A stretch of DNA of 64,000 nucleotides from positions 55,428,001 through 55,492,000 of the forward strand of contig OX597814.1 in the NCBI GenBank assembly GCA_951406725.2, in the 5' to 3' direction. Position 1 is the stretch's first letter, and every line of letters starts with the position of its first letter. The DNA is from Octopus vulgaris. Lineage: Eukaryota. The translations under genes and the position numbers were made by a program. This document shows positions 12,191-26,444 of this stretch, one piece after another. The notes below the pieces were generated by a model that saw only the letters and a list, made by a program, of their open reading frames with translations, ran no database searches and was not told the origin of the DNA.

Positions 12191-12288
12191 CTCTCACATC
12201 AAACCAATGGTTGGGACGTGTTCAGATTGTGAAAAGACACAACATAACATATTACCTTGATGGTGCACACACTGAAGAGAGTATAATG
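12191..12288 (+). CDS. FPGS: FPGS exon (LTSNQWLGRVQIVKRHNITYYLDGAHTEESIM)
   Basis: CCCAG/GTTTGT boundaries, phase 1/0; hallmark WxGRxQ and YLDGAHT motifs. Confidence 0.95.
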
Positions 12289-13554
12289 GTTTGTTGAATT
12301 GCTTTCTTTATTCAATACCAGCTGAATAGCCCATTGTTGCTGGGCAATTTTTACAATATAAAGTTTTGTTTATTCCATGTCAGACCATGCCTTCCTCAAT
12401 GGATAGGCCTCTTGATCTGGACAGATTTGTGCAATATTTTGCAAAAAACATCGTGGAGAATTTTTTTACCTTTTTAAATTATTTACATGTCTGTTCAACC
12501 ATTTCACATGACTTTATTCATTACAATTTGTTAAAATTTCATAAGTTCTCACAACTTTGGTTGTCATAATGCTTTGTTTTCATTTGTTTAATAAAAATTC
12601 CTCCTCATAATGATTTTGCTTTCATTTTGTGATAGACAGCTATCATGCAGAAAATGTCAGCTCCCAAATCTTGTTTTCTGGTTAGGTAAAATTGATTAAA
12701 CTTTGAACCTCAGTAACATTTTTCTGTAATTTTTCTAGAACAAATAAATAACAAAAATAGATTTGACATGGAAAATTATTTCAATATACCAAATTTGAAA
12801 ATTTTGACATAATTTTAAAATTTCACAATGCGTGACAGCAACAGGGAAGACCCTACAGAAGTAGAGAGACAGACAATTATAGGACATGACACACACACAC
12901 ATTTACAAATGTATATCCAGGTAATCATGAGTTTAAAATGATGTATAGTAGACATATGTGTGTATATATGCATGTGTGTATGTTTGTATACATGTATGTA
13001 TGTGAGTGTCTCTGTGTATGTGTTTCTTTGTGATGAGCAGCAGAAAAGCCACCTATACCCTCTCTCCTTAAAGCTACGTATTCCTCACACCCACCTTTCT
13101 TTCTCTTCCTCAGCATTTTAAAAGTTAGTTATGTGCATGTGTGTGTGTATAATGTGTGTGTGTATGCATGTATCTAGGTATTTACGAAAGTATGTATGCA
13201 GTGTCACTTGTATATCTATGAATGGCAGCTGTATTAACGTTATCATCCCACTGCCACTCCATATTTGTTGCTTACACAACATTGTTCTCTCTTTCCCTGA
13301 TATTAGCTACACTCACTATGCCACTACATTTTTCTCACACTATCACTCTTTGCACCCTTCTCATTTTATCAAATAATAGCTCAAGCCCCCTTGGGGGCCC
13401 ATTATAAATTTTTATTAAAATCCAATTAGCCTATAATTGAACTAGATGTTAGTTTAACATGTATGCAGAGTTTCATCAAGATTGGTCCACTGGTGTCGGC
13501 AGCAAGATGGTAAAAGACAAATCGACAAACAAAAATTGTCATTTATGTATAAGA

Positions 13555-13936
13555 CTAGCAGTATCGCCCGGCGTTGCTCAGGTTTGTAAGGGAAATAACT
13601 ATAAAGCAATTTTAGAGAGTTATAGCCAAAAAATAGCAAAAAAATGGAAAAAAATGATGGTAAATTTTTTTTTAGTTAAAAAAGGTGGAGTTGCGTCCCC
13701 TAGACAGTTTGCGGTTTGTGTTTCTGATTCTCGACCCCATGTCGAATTTATCGATTTTTTTCAGAACTGGGGGAACTTTTCAAAATTTTCGCTGCGTTAG
13801 CTTTGAATTATGACATTGGGCTATGTGTGTGTCAAGTTTCATCAGAATCGGTTGAAAGCCGTGGTCAGGGTGAGGGTACAAGCAAACAGACACACAGAAA
13901 CACGCACAGACAAACTGCCGTTTATATAGAGATAGA
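13555..13936 (-). mobile_element. Non-autonomous Helitron-like element
   Basis: On the minus strand it starts TC(TATCTCTATATAAAAC), ends CTAG preceded by a GC-rich hairpin (CCTGAGCAACGCCGGG), and sits between A and T. Confidence 0.6.
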
Positions 13937-14449
13937 TAAAGAGATACTACATGCCACCAAATACATAGTGACCCTAAGAATTATATTTTTGTTTTTCATA
14001 ATGAAACTTTTACATATTAAATTTTCTCTCTATTTAACTTATAAAACATAACAAGGTAAACCAGAATTATTGCTGTTATTTTCTTTCCCAAGTCTATCCA
14101 CCCACTCTCATATAAAATACAACTAATTTTGTAAAAGAAACTCAAGCATTTACACAAAAAATATACAGTGCAAACTAAAGTAGCAGATTTACACTATTTT
14201 ACCACAACACAAAATATCTAAATTTACCACAATATTAACAGTCTAAAAACACCTTCCTGGTGTGAACAAGCTTCAAATTCATACACAATATTCACATTAC
14301 TGCAGTGCAAGAAACACTGTTACAATCCCAACATCAGTCATCTTAAATGTCTGATTACACTCAGATAAGCATTAAGCAACATAACATAAAGAATATCATG
14401 CATCTAGTGCATAGATGTCACTAATAACTGAATAACTGGCAGTCTGTCA

Positions 14450-14750
14450 GACAACATGGGTTCCAGTTGATCTCATCAACTGAACAGCTTGCTAGTGAAA
14501 TTAATGTGCAAGTGGCTGAGCACTCTACAGACAAGTGTGCCTTCTAACATATTTCTTAAGAGATTCAACAGACCCAGACTGTGACAAGGTTGGCCTTTGA
14601 ATTACAGGTACATCTCATTTTTGCCAGCTGAGTGGACTGGAGCAACGTGAAATAAAGTGTCTTGCTCAAGGACACAACATGTCACTAGGAATCAAACTCA
14701 TGACCTTACAATCATGAGCTGATTACTCTAACCACTAAGCCATGCACCTT
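14450..14750 (-). mobile_element. tRNA-derived SINE (degenerate)
   Basis: Reverse complement begins GGTGCATGGCTTAGTGGTTAG...GAGTTTGATTCC; related to 35991-36320. Confidence 0.7.
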
Positions 14751-15309
14751 AACTGTCACCAATAACACATATTCTATATTAGGGCATAACAATGCTCTAA
14801 AAATACAAACATTTAAAATAAAAGTTCAATGACTTTTCATAAATCACAATAGTTATAAAGCTTTATAAAAACACAACTGAAATAATATTTAAAAAAGCCT
14901 GGCACTCTGCTATGCCCACCTCAGAGAATCCCGGAAAGACTCATTCTTTGCATCAACAACCCATTTTTCTCTCTCACAAAACACAGACTCAGTCTGACAT
15001 CTCAAACAGAATACAGTAAAGAAAGTAAAATAATGCATGTATTAAGAGCAATCACAGGCGCCAAATTTGTCCCACAGAAGGAAAAAAATTGCACTTGAGT
15101 ACAAACAATTCAGTAGATCTGTCATTCTAATCCTGCATGGATTAATCAATCCATACCTGTCATTAATTCACTTCTTCAATGAAATACAATATTATTTGTT
15201 TGAAACGTTTTCTGGTTTGTTACTTGGTTTTTGTACATAATGTATTTTTGTTATGTATTCTGATATATATGCTTATTTTGATTATTTGGTTTTCTTACAT
15301 ATTTTGTAG

Positions 15310-15362
15310 TTGTGTTGCGAATGGTTTAAGAAAAGATCTGCTGAAGAGATAAGATCTTTATC
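15310..15362 (+). CDS. FPGS: FPGS exon (LCCEWFKKRSAEEIRSL)
   Basis: TTGTAG/GTAAGT boundaries, phase 0/2; matches ACVRWF. Confidence 0.85.
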
Positions 15363-15499
15363 GTAAGTTCTGAAATTTTCTTCCATTTTACCATATTCTA
15401 TACAATATTCTGCACTGTCACAGAGAAAGAGGTAAGTTTCTTTCTGGGCGACCTCCTGATATGGTCTCAATCCTAACTAAAACTACCTGGCTCAGTATT

Positions 15500-16000
15500 A
15501 TTTTGTATTTGCTTGGTATGGAAAGGGTTTGTCCAGGCTTTCACAGGATTTCAAAAAAGTGCTGAAACCAATGTAGTTAAAAGAGCAGTTGAAAACCAGT
15601 GGCTCCAGGGAAAACGTGCAAAGAAAGAAATCTTGAGGACTGGTGTACTAGGAAGGAAGAACTTGAATTAAGGTGATTAAGGTTTGGCCTTTTTGAAGAG
15701 AAATTGGGTGACAAAAGAGATATGAGTTAGGAGCACCTGAGTGGTGATGGTACAAGGTTAGCTACCATCAAGGAACAAATATCACTGTAGCAGTGGTGCA
15801 AAAAGTAGAAAGAGGAGACAACTCATCTGTGGGACAGAGGTTGAAGTCTCTGCACTGCTGTACAAAGTCTCTCACTTTATAATAATCTCCAGACATCTCT
15901 GACATCTGAAATCCAGATTTATGTTGTGGCTGAATAAGTAAGATACTAGCTTGCTGTGCCTAGATCATAAGTTTAAGCTGAGAATTTGACATAGTAAATC
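15500..16000 (-). mobile_element. Degraded LINE 3' fragment (CR1/L2-like)
   Basis: The minus strand reads LQPLSHR*VVSSFYFL, resembling the LxxRRxVxxLxxFY tail of CR1/L2 ORF2; boundaries approximate. Confidence 0.4.
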
Positions 16001-16753
16001 TTTTTAAAATCTCCAATACTAGTTACTGTTTCAATTCTGTTATAATCACTTCTGTTCCTCAGAACTGTTAATCTTTGTGGTATCTCCAGTTAAATCAATC
16101 CAAAGGATTTACCTTCTTTCTTTCGTCATTATAGTAATCACTCAGAATTGTTTTAATTTTCTGCTTGGCCCTCTCTTTTCCAGAAGTTTATCCTGGTTTT
16201 CTTTTGATCCTTGCTCATGTTTTCCTTCTAGAATTCTCTCCTCTATGCCTAATACACACATACATTCATTCATACATATAAGTACAGAAAAATACTGTCT
16301 ACCAATGTGTCTCACACTTATAAGCATGCACACACACACACACATTCTCACTTACTGCCACACACATTCATGCGCATTCATACATTCTTTCGTATATATA
16401 TATACAAAAAAAAAAAAATATATATATGCATACTTGTGCACACTTATAAATACCCATAAATTTTCATATATATCCACATGCACTTAAAACATATACACAC
16501 CCTCATGTATTTCAGCATACACATGCACTCATACACACACACACACACACACACACAAATACAAATACACACACACACACACAAAATTACACACCATCTC
16601 TGCATACAATTTCTGAATTACATATTGCTTTTGTGAACAATATCCTCATTGGTTACAAGTTTGTAATAGGCCCATCATTGACTCACTGCATTTCTGAATG
16701 TCAGAGTGACAAAGGAAAGCAAAGGAAAGTTTTTGCAGCATGGTGGAATAAAT

Positions 16754-16806
<53 letters not shown>

Positions 16807-17097
16807 AATAGAAGAAAATGCTTTGAGAACTTTGTTATGGATATAAGTAAGTATTTACATTTCTATCAAAATATGTTACTGGTTTCAATAGCATTAAAAA
16901 AAATCAATTTAGTTATGCTGAAATAAAATAAATAAATCTTTCATGATACAAGTTCTGGAAGTTTACATTTCACTTAGAAAAATCACATGGTGTTTGTGTT
17001 TCATTTTTTTGGGATTGCTGTTGGATGGTAGTAGCAGGAGTGGCTGTCAGTAAAAGAAGTATCAGCTGTAGCTGCCAGTAACAACAGCAGCTGGAGT

Positions 17098-17305
17098 GGA
17101 GGCACAATGGCCCAGTGGTTAGTGCAGTGGACTCACGGTCGTAAGAGCGTGGTTTCGATTCCCAGACCGGGCATTGTGAGTGTTTATTGAGCAAAAACAC
17201 CTAAGCTCCACGAGGCTCCGGCAGTGGGGGGGGGGGGGGGAAGAGTGGTGAACCCCGCTGTACTCTTTCACCACAACTTTCTCTCACTCTTTCTTCCTAC
17301 TTCTG
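17098..17305 (+). mobile_element. tRNA-derived SINE
   Basis: A box TGGCCCAGTGG and B box GGTTTCGATTCC followed by a non-tRNA body. Confidence 0.8.
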
Positions 17306-18097
17306 CAGAGGAACCATGGTGTAACCCACTATAGTGGGGTAAACTTTCAGACCCTAATCACTGTTTATGGAATGAGGATAACAATGTTGCTTTTGTGTCC
17401 GTGCAACCGCCAGTCTATCACATGTGGCGGATGGATCTTCAAGTTGCCAAATGCATTCTTAGTAGCTTAGAGTAGGCTCGAATTAAAGATTATTCTTTGT
17501 GGCTAATGGTGTGAGGGGAGGAGAAGAAGAAGAAGAAGACAGTTGGAATACCAATGGCTGTAGCAGTTGTCAGCCTAACTCGTAGTAGTTGTGACAAATT
17601 AGCAAAGATTGCAGTAGCATTGGCAGTAGTTGTCTCCATTGTTCTGTTACAGGTATTTAAATATGGTTGGTATTTGGTTATAAAGATTGTTTGTAGATGC
17701 ATTGCTGCTAAATTGATACAAAAGGAAAATTTTAAAGTTTGGTTGATTTTATTTATTTGCACAAGTGTCTGTATACTCATTGAGTCCTATATGTGTGTAT
17801 TCCTATATCCTAATTTGTGATCTATGCATAGCCATGCAAAATGAATATTTACAATCTAGCTAAAAGGATTTGCTCTCTAGCATCAGATGCAAACAACTGT
17901 TATGTATGACTCCAAGACCTGAAGGATACACTCCTTGACACTATCCTTAATTGATAATGAAACATGATTAAAGGAAAAAGATGGAATGGTCATGGCTGGT
18001 ATGCCATGCTCAGAGTTGACCTGAGGCTAAACAACAATTACTACCAAAAGGTAATATATTAACTGAGTCTGTGAAATGTTATTTTTATTTATTTCAG

Positions 18098-18179
18098 TGA
18101 TAACCAAAAAGTGGTGAAAATTTTGATGTTTAATATCACTGGAGCACGTAACTCTCTTGATTTACTGAATCATCTAAAG
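18098..18179 (+). CDS. FPGS: FPGS exon (DNQKVVKILMFNITGARNSLDLLNHLK)
   Basis: TTTCAG/GTAAGA boundaries, phase 2/0; matches VRVLLFNATGDRDPAALL. Confidence 0.92.
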
Positions 18180-20559
18180 GTAAGAATATCTATTCCACTG
18201 TAAGGGGGGAAAAAGGCTTTTTTGCATTGGTATGAAAAATGTGACATTAATACATTTTTAGGGAATATTAATGATTCTAAATCAGCTGTTTCTAATAGTA
18301 ATGATTTTGTATATTGATATGAAAGCCGCTGAGAATAAGTAATGGAATTTTTTAGTCTTCGTTCTGTTCATATAGTCATTTGTGGGGTAAATGAAATGTT
18401 TCTCAAAATAATGATAATAATAACTGCTTCTAATTTTAGATGGAGTGGGATCAGTTAATTAAATAAACTTGACTGGACTAGTATTTTTATTGACTCTGTA
18501 GGGGTGAAAAGCAAAGTTGACTTCTAAGATTTGAACTCAGAATGTCAAGATCCAGGAAAAATATTGCAAGGCATTTATTCTGATGATCTAATGAGTCTGC
18601 CAATCCATAATCTCACATAATATTGGTGCAAGCAGTGGTAGAAGAGACAGAGACAAAAATATTTCCTGTGTAGTGTGTTGTGAGTTATTTTTTGTCATTC
18701 ACTGGCTCTTGTTTCTGTTTGCTTTGTGATATTTGTGTGTCTATGGTATGTAAGTAATACTCCAGAGAAGACATTACTTCAATTTTATAGAGAGTCAACA
18801 ACATAGCTGAAGTAACATCTAGCCTTCAAGAGAAAGTGTAACTCCTTGCAACAATTATTTTAGCTCACACTGTATCAGTTCTAGTGCATCTCAAGGTTAG
18901 CTTATGCTTATCAGATTGTCATTTAAAAGACAGTTTAACAAAACTGAAACTTGTAGGATCAAGTGTCTTTCTTTAAGGTACATTGAAATACTTCATGTTA
19001 ATACCGACTCATGACTTAGTCATTTTATTTAAACATTTCTGATATTTGATAGTATTATACAAGTTGGGAGAGTGAGAATGACCAAAACAACAGGCTACCA
19101 GATAATCACTTGAAAGATCTGAGGATCATATAATGTCAGCAGTAACTGCATTCTGTTCATGGCCAGAGTAGTTGCTCTTCTACTGCACTTATTGTTGGTG
19201 TGCATCCTGGTATTGTGTTTGGAGCTAGTGAATCTAATAGTGTTGCAGCTAAATATTACTGAGATAGATTACTGAAATAAATAACTACTTTAGATAGTTG
19301 TAAAGCTCCTTGTCAATACTAACTGAACAAATGTATGCTATTTAGTAAGCCAGTGGAATAGTTGAGTGATGATGTTGAGCAGTCCTTGGTCAAGCCTTAT
19401 TGTGTAACACAAAGGTATTCAAACCATGACTATTTCTTTCTTAATTCTCTTTTGCAGTGTGCTTCCAAAACACCATTCTCCAATGTGCCTTTCAATTTTT
19501 AAGATGAAAGGATGTGATTTTATAATAATTTGAGTGCTATATATTACTGGTTGCATGACCATGTGCAGGCTGTCTCATTGGCTTATGTTACTAAATGTGG
19601 TCCAAAAACCCAATACTCAGGATATACATGTCTAATTGAGAGTTACAATATGAGTTTTGAAAACAATGGCCTTATCACTGAGAATGTAGTATGGCAGCCT
19701 GAGGATTTGCCTTCTATACCAACCAGTCTGTTTCTGGATACCTGCAACTGTTGTGTATCTGTAAGTCAACTCTGATCAAACACTCTTGTAGCATAGAGGT
19801 AGCCAGCTGAACAAAGAGGCACAGGTACAGTTAAATCTTTCCAGTTACACTGTGTGTCCACCTAGTTTAGGACCACACTGTATAACTGTACATGTAATGA
19901 TGAATAATATGCATGCAGTATGATAATCTGGACATTCTCTCCATTGTCCAGTATATTTGTATATGTCTGTACATTCTTGTGGTGATGCCAGTAGAAGTGA
20001 GTAATATTTACTTTGTCAGAATACAGCAGTTGATGCTCCTCTGCAGTTATTGTTGGTGATGTATAGCAGAGTGTTTGGCTGCCAAAGAAGCTATCAATGT
20101 TGCAGATATTTCTGTAAGTGTTCCATCTATTTGGGCCGAGTGGAAGAGATAGGATGTTATTCAGGATGTTATTGTCAGTGTACTCTGGGTTGTTGGCTAG
20201 AGGATTTTTATGTCATGACAGAGACTGTGGAAGGCAAACATGGCTTTATCAGCAGACTGTATCAGATGCATGCTTAGGTAGTCATTAATTTTTAACATTT
20301 TGTTTTACTGTAATGTGTAGTGTATTGTTTTATGTTCTCCATAGTTTATTATGGGAAAGACTATTAAGATATAGGACTAGCATAGTTCATGATGGCTCTA
20401 GTGTGTTGCCTTTCTTACCATTGTTGTTTCTTTCTATTTACCAAATGTGGTACATGTGATTTCTCTAGGTATGTATTTGTGTTGTTCTGTTTCCTTCACC
20501 ATCTTCTATATATATTTTCTATGTGAACATTGGGAAGTTATATGCAATTTAAAGTATTT

Positions 20560-21200
20560 TTGTGCTGCTTGTCTGATTTGTTTATATTGTTGAGTGTATC
20601 TGATATTCTCCTGTGTTACAGGTAAGAAAGGAGTCAGTGAATTTGGAAGGTGCTACTTTAAGTTTTCTGTTGTTGTGGACCAAGCTTCAAGATGATTTAA
20701 GTATGACTGGTATAGTTGTGTGGCAGTATTTGGAGAATAGTGACAGATTGTAAATGTGATGTCATCTGCATATAATGTTTATATGTTTTGAATTTTGATG
20801 AGATATGGAAGGGCCATACTAGTATAAGTTGAAAGAATGACGAGATGAATTATTGTGGTGCTCTAGTAAAGGAAATAATAGGTTTCATGCATGTTACTTA
20901 GCCTCGGTAGCATTAAAGCTAGTTTGCTACTGTGTTTTGTGTTGTTTCTTAAAGAAGTGTTGAAAAATTTTTGTATGCTTGGATAGAGGAAAATCAAATC
21001 AAAAGCTTTCATGATGTGAGTAATAGTTGGAATGTGAGAAAATCAAAAAACCAATACATGTTGTGACCAAAGATGTAACAAAAAATATACATCTCATTTG
21101 CTTATTTTTTTTCATTTCTATGTCATGTATTTTGTGGATAATAGCATTGTTGGTTTTATAGATTTCTAATGAGTTAATCATTGGTTCACTGGGTTTAGAG
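20560..21200 (-). mobile_element. Highly degraded LINE RT fragment
   Basis: Minus-strand LYADDIT motif at about 20755-20775; many stops; boundaries approximate. Confidence 0.5.
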
Positions 21201-21315
21201 TATGAGAGAGTGCCTCTACAATTTGGGAGAAATAAATACCAGCAGGTATATTTTTTGATTTTAGCAATTTATTGGGATTTTTTTTTTACCAGTGTTTGCA
21301 TCTTTCACTGATATA

Positions 21316-21497
21316 CTGCATTTTAGTGAGTATAAGGAACACTCGTGTATAAGGAACCCCGTATTTTTTTGGGGCTTAAAATTTGGAAAAAAGATTTTGT
21401 AAGGGATTATAATACTATCCATGTATAAAAAAACTCCCATATTTTTTTAACCTAATTTTTTTACTAAAAAGGGTTCCTTATACATGTTAAAATACAG
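21316..21497. mobile_element. Tc1/mariner-superfamily MITE
   Basis: Imperfect ~25-bp TIRs (CTGCATTTTAGTGAGTATAAGGAAC / GTTCCTTATACATGTTAAAATACAG) flanked by TA on both sides. Confidence 0.7.
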
Positions 21498-22198
21498 TAT
21501 ATTAGTGAAAGACACACACATACACACACACTTGCATGCACACACCAACATCGCAAGAAATCTGTTTCGTTTTGGCTCCTTTCTCTCTAACTTTAATCAC
21601 TCATCCCATAGCACAAAGCCACCACCCTCTCTACTGTAAGCCCACTCAGCCAAAGAGGAGCCTAGTCTTTCCAGCTGCATGGTGGGCCTCACTAGTGCTG
21701 GTACCATGAAAAAAGCGCTCAGTACATGCTATGAAGTGGTTGACATTAAGAAGGGCATCCAGCCACAGAAACTATGCCAATGCAGACACTGGAGCATCAT
21801 GCAGTCTTGGGACCTGTTGGATCCTTGCAAACCATCCAACCAATTCCAGCATGTAACATGGACATTAAATGATAATGATGATGAATGAGTGTGTGTATGT
21901 GTATAGTTGTATGTATGTATGTATGTAATGATGGGTTTTTACAATTTTCTCCTACCAAATTTCACTCACAAGGCACTGGTAAATCTGAAGATATTGTATA
22001 AGATATGTTACCATTGTGCTGTAAAATGAGACCAAATCCACAACTATGTAGTTTAAGAAATTTTAGTGATGAAGATTGAGTAACTTAATTTTAACAAGAA
22101 TTAATTATATTTAAAATCATATTAATAATTAGATTACAAAACTGTAACAAAGATTATTTGAAAAAAATAAACACTAGTAAAATGTTATTATTTTTCAG

Positions 22199-22262
22199 GA
22201 GTGTAACTTTGATTTGGCTGTCTTTACTCCCAATATATGCTACAGTGAGGAAGTTATAACTG
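22199..22262 (+). CDS. FPGS: FPGS exon (ECNFDLAVFTPNICYSEEVIT)
   Basis: TTTCAG/GTATGT boundaries, phase 0/1; matches CQFDYAVFCPN. Confidence 0.92.
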
Positions 22263-23055
22263 GTATGTTTACAATTTCAATTCAAATCATTTTAAATGTA
22301 CAAGTGGTAATCTTCTATGATCTGTTATATATATCTCTACCATTTTCTTGATATTGTGGCAGGCTGGTGAATGACAAAATTTGTTGGGTGTCAGATTAAA
22401 TGTTATAGGATTTTAGCTACAGGACTTTACATTCTGAGTTAAATGCTTCTAGGGTAAATTTTGTTACAGATTGTTGTTTTCAGTCCTAAATCAGCCCTAA
22501 TTGAACAAATTTATTACCAAAGACATTCCAGCTGTGAACATCTTGTCTTTGATTCAGAAATAATTTATCTTGAACTACTGTAAAGACAAAAGGATGTGAT
22601 TTGAGGGTAATTTAGTTCTTTCTTCTGGGTCAAGCTACTACATGGGGTCTTGGGCTGGTTACGTAATGAGGTAACTATAACATACCTGGAATTGATTGAA
22701 TCCATTATATTCCACCCCTTATAAATTTTGTAACTTTTAGCAAATGTAAGAAATATTTTATTAGCATCATGAGATGGCAGGCAAGTTTCAAGAATGAAAC
22801 AGTATCAGGTTAAATGCCTTAATGTATTTAGATTTGCTGTTTTAAATTCTGAAATTTAGGTGCAGGCATGGCTGAAGATTTAAGAAGCTCACTTTGCAAC
22901 CACATTATTTCATGTTTGAGCCTGCTCTGTGGCACTCTGGCCAAATCTCTTCCATGATAGCCCCACCCCAGTTAACCAAGGCCTTGAGAGTGAAATATGG
23001 TAGACAGAAATTGTATGGAAGCTTATTGGGTGTTATATGTGTGTGCTTGTGTGTG

Positions 23056-23583
<528 letters not shown>

Positions 23584-23679
23584 TATATAGGGAGAGTTTA
23601 TGGAAAACAGAAAAGATGAAGACAGGTGGTGTACAAAACAAACAGATGTATTAGTATAACGCTCAGGAATGGAAAATGT

Positions 23680-23716
23680 CTTTTACCTTTCGAGCCTATG
23701 CTCTTCTACAGAAAAG
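23680..23716 (-). ncRNA. Minimal hammerhead-like motif (degenerate) in a short element between (TA)n tracts
   Basis: Minus strand CTTTT-CTGTAGA-A-GAGC-ATAG-GCTC-GAAA-GG-TA-AAAG; A6 is altered and stem III is vestigial. Confidence 0.45.
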
Positions 23717-25751
23717 GACACAGAAAAAAACAAGGAGAGAAAAAAATGCGTGTAGGAGCTAACGATCTATCATGGTGTCCTATATATATATATATATATA
23801 TATATATAATGTGATGAGTATATAGGGATAAAAATTATCCAGGTGGGTACTGCAAGAGCTCTCAGGTATAGTCCAGGTTCTAGCTAACTGCATCAAATAG
23901 TAAGAAGCATCAAGGATTGCTTAGAGTGAGCAATCTCACTGTAAATATTTTAATGGGTAAATTTATATATATATATATATGAAACATTCAGTTTTCCATG
24001 CTTGCTTGGATCAGACAGATTTTGTATAGTCGGATGTCATTCTTGTCATCAAGCCCCACCTGCTTCCTAGCAAGGTAATATTTCACCATATCCAGACATG
24101 ATTACGAGAAAGTTTGATAAAAAAGATCACCTCTTGCATGACAGTAACAGTTGCTGAAAACTACTGCCTAATGTTAAGATAAGGAGACAGAAATATAAAC
24201 AAACAAACATACACCATGATGTTCTGTTGATCTAATGTGCTAGTTTTCCTTATTTCCATTGATTTTTTTAAATATACAGCTGAATTGTATTATGCAGAGT
24301 ATATATATTAATGCAACATGTAAGCATATTGTCTTTCAAACTGAAATTAATAGTACATGAAGAAGGTTTCAAAATTACCATAATCCTATGTTTGTCATGC
24401 GGTTAAATAAGTATATATTCATTTCTTATACCTCCTGACTTTTATGGCATATATAAATATATAAATATATATGGCATATATATATATATATATTTATGGC
24501 ATATATATATATATATAGATACACACACACACACACATATAGACACCTGCCTACATACTACATACAAACATACATACATATACTTACAAGGCTTTAGAAG
24601 ACACTTGTTCAATAAAATAAGAACTCGAGTCAATTCATTTGACTATAACTCATGATCTGGTTCGTTGAAGTTCCCTGTATTCACATTATATCCATGATGT
24701 TGAGGTTCTTGATGTGTTTTGCAGAGTGTGACACATCCGTCCATATCTAAAATTTAGGTCTATTAATGGTTTAACCTGGCTTCTCTGTCATCCTGAAATA
24801 ATTAATTGAACATGTCGCTTAATCCCAGGTCAACATAGATTAAGTAGACAGAAGATTTTATTCTTGTACTAAAGTTTGAAGTTATTATTAACACTGTTAC
24901 ATCACTAAAGATTGGGTTCTTAGATTCACTTATATTCTTGACAACAATGTCATTTAATTCACCACTGAGCTCTTCTTTAACTGAAGTTAAAACTGCAAAA
25001 AATAAGGGCAGAAAGATTGAGCGAGGTGTCAATAGAACCAACTATTATATTGTACTTACTATCTTTCAAATGAAGGAACATAATGATTTATTATATTTAT
25101 TATTTTCGTGTTTTTCCTGTGATGTGACAACTGAAGCATATGGTGCCTCAGATGAGTGCCCAAGTTACTGGCACCTTCAGCCAGGCCCACCTTTGTTCCC
25201 ACCTTCCATAGGTATCTGCCAAGCCATGTACCATGCTTTTCACCAGTATTTCTTGTCCATTCCCATCATCATGTCCAGTGCATTTGTCACTCTTGAATAC
25301 TTTAGCTGATGTTTTTTAGCAACCATAATCTCTCTCAGGTCATCTGTACTCTATCTTAAAAGCAAGCTAATATTACACATCTAAAGGATCACACTTGCTT
25401 AACTTTTCTAAGACGCTACAGATCCATTCAGTAGCCATATCTTACTCTCATATAGCTTCATAAAGTCTGCCTTTCACAGTATGTACAATATGTTGCTATC
25501 AAATATTGAACACCATATACAAGTCTTTCAAACCAGCTCTGTAGCCATGCTGTACATACCCACTTTGTTTAGTGTGGTACTAGGAATATTTACTGAATTC
25601 AAGTTACATTTATGCTTGAATCAATCATTTTTTATTATATCTCAAATGTACCTGGCTATGTTGATGTTATCTGGAGCACCTCCAAAATAACTAACAGACC
25701 AGATATTTTTTTTATTTATCTCAATGTTTATTTTTCTCTTTTGTTCTTCAG

Positions 25752-26125
25752 ATCAATTAAAGCATGCTGTTACTACACAGGATGCCAACAAAGTTTGCCA
25801 GACAAATGAAAATTTCTGGAGAAATCTTCAGTGTAACAAAAGCTGTGGAGACAAAGACAAATTTCTTAATAATAATAAATATAATGAACCTAATCAACAA
25901 CCAAATTCAGATGTCTTAGCAGAATCTGAAACGCATGTTTTTGAAAGTATTCATGACTGCATATATTGGTGTAGCCAAAGCAAGGATAAAGCTTTAAATA
26001 AACGTCTCTCTATTCAACCATCAATGCCATCAATACTGGAAGAAGCTGACCATGTCCAAATCTTAGTAACTGGTAGCCTTTACTTAGTAGGAGGTGTTCT
26101 TACAATATTTAGAGACTCAATATAA
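25752..26125 (+). CDS. FPGS: FPGS terminal coding exon (DQLKHAVT...HVQILVTGSLYLVGGVLTIFRDSI*)
   Basis: TTCAG acceptor, phase 1; conserved C-terminal VTGSLxLVGGVL motif; TAA stop. Confidence 0.96.
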
Positions 26126-26409
26126 ATCTTGTTCCCTTAAAGCAAACAATATGGATGCCTTATCTTGAGAACATTCCTGAAAGACAGATGCAGAGGTGTG
26201 GATATGGAAACAGTGTGTTGAATATTACAAGACACAATTGAATATGACTGTGCCATTAATTTGCACTCTGCAATATATATGAAATGACATAGAACATTTA
26301 AGATGTTGTAGAAGTGCATTACTTGTAGAAAATATTTATTAGCCATTTTAGGAATGCACAAAGATTGTCAACTTCACTTAGACATTTATTATTTTAGTAC
26401 AGCTTGCAC

Positions 26410-26444
26410 AATAAATGTTTTGATATTAAATAACAAATAATAAA
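26410..26444 (+). terminator. Candidate FPGS polyadenylation signals
   Basis: AATAAA at 26410-26415 and 26439-26444, about 300 nt after the stop codon. Confidence 0.5.

Noticed and set aside
17098-17175. tRNA-like sequences (also about 35995-36065)
   Set aside because: They have A and B boxes but no convincing cloverleaf and run into SINE bodies; SINE heads rather than tRNA genes.
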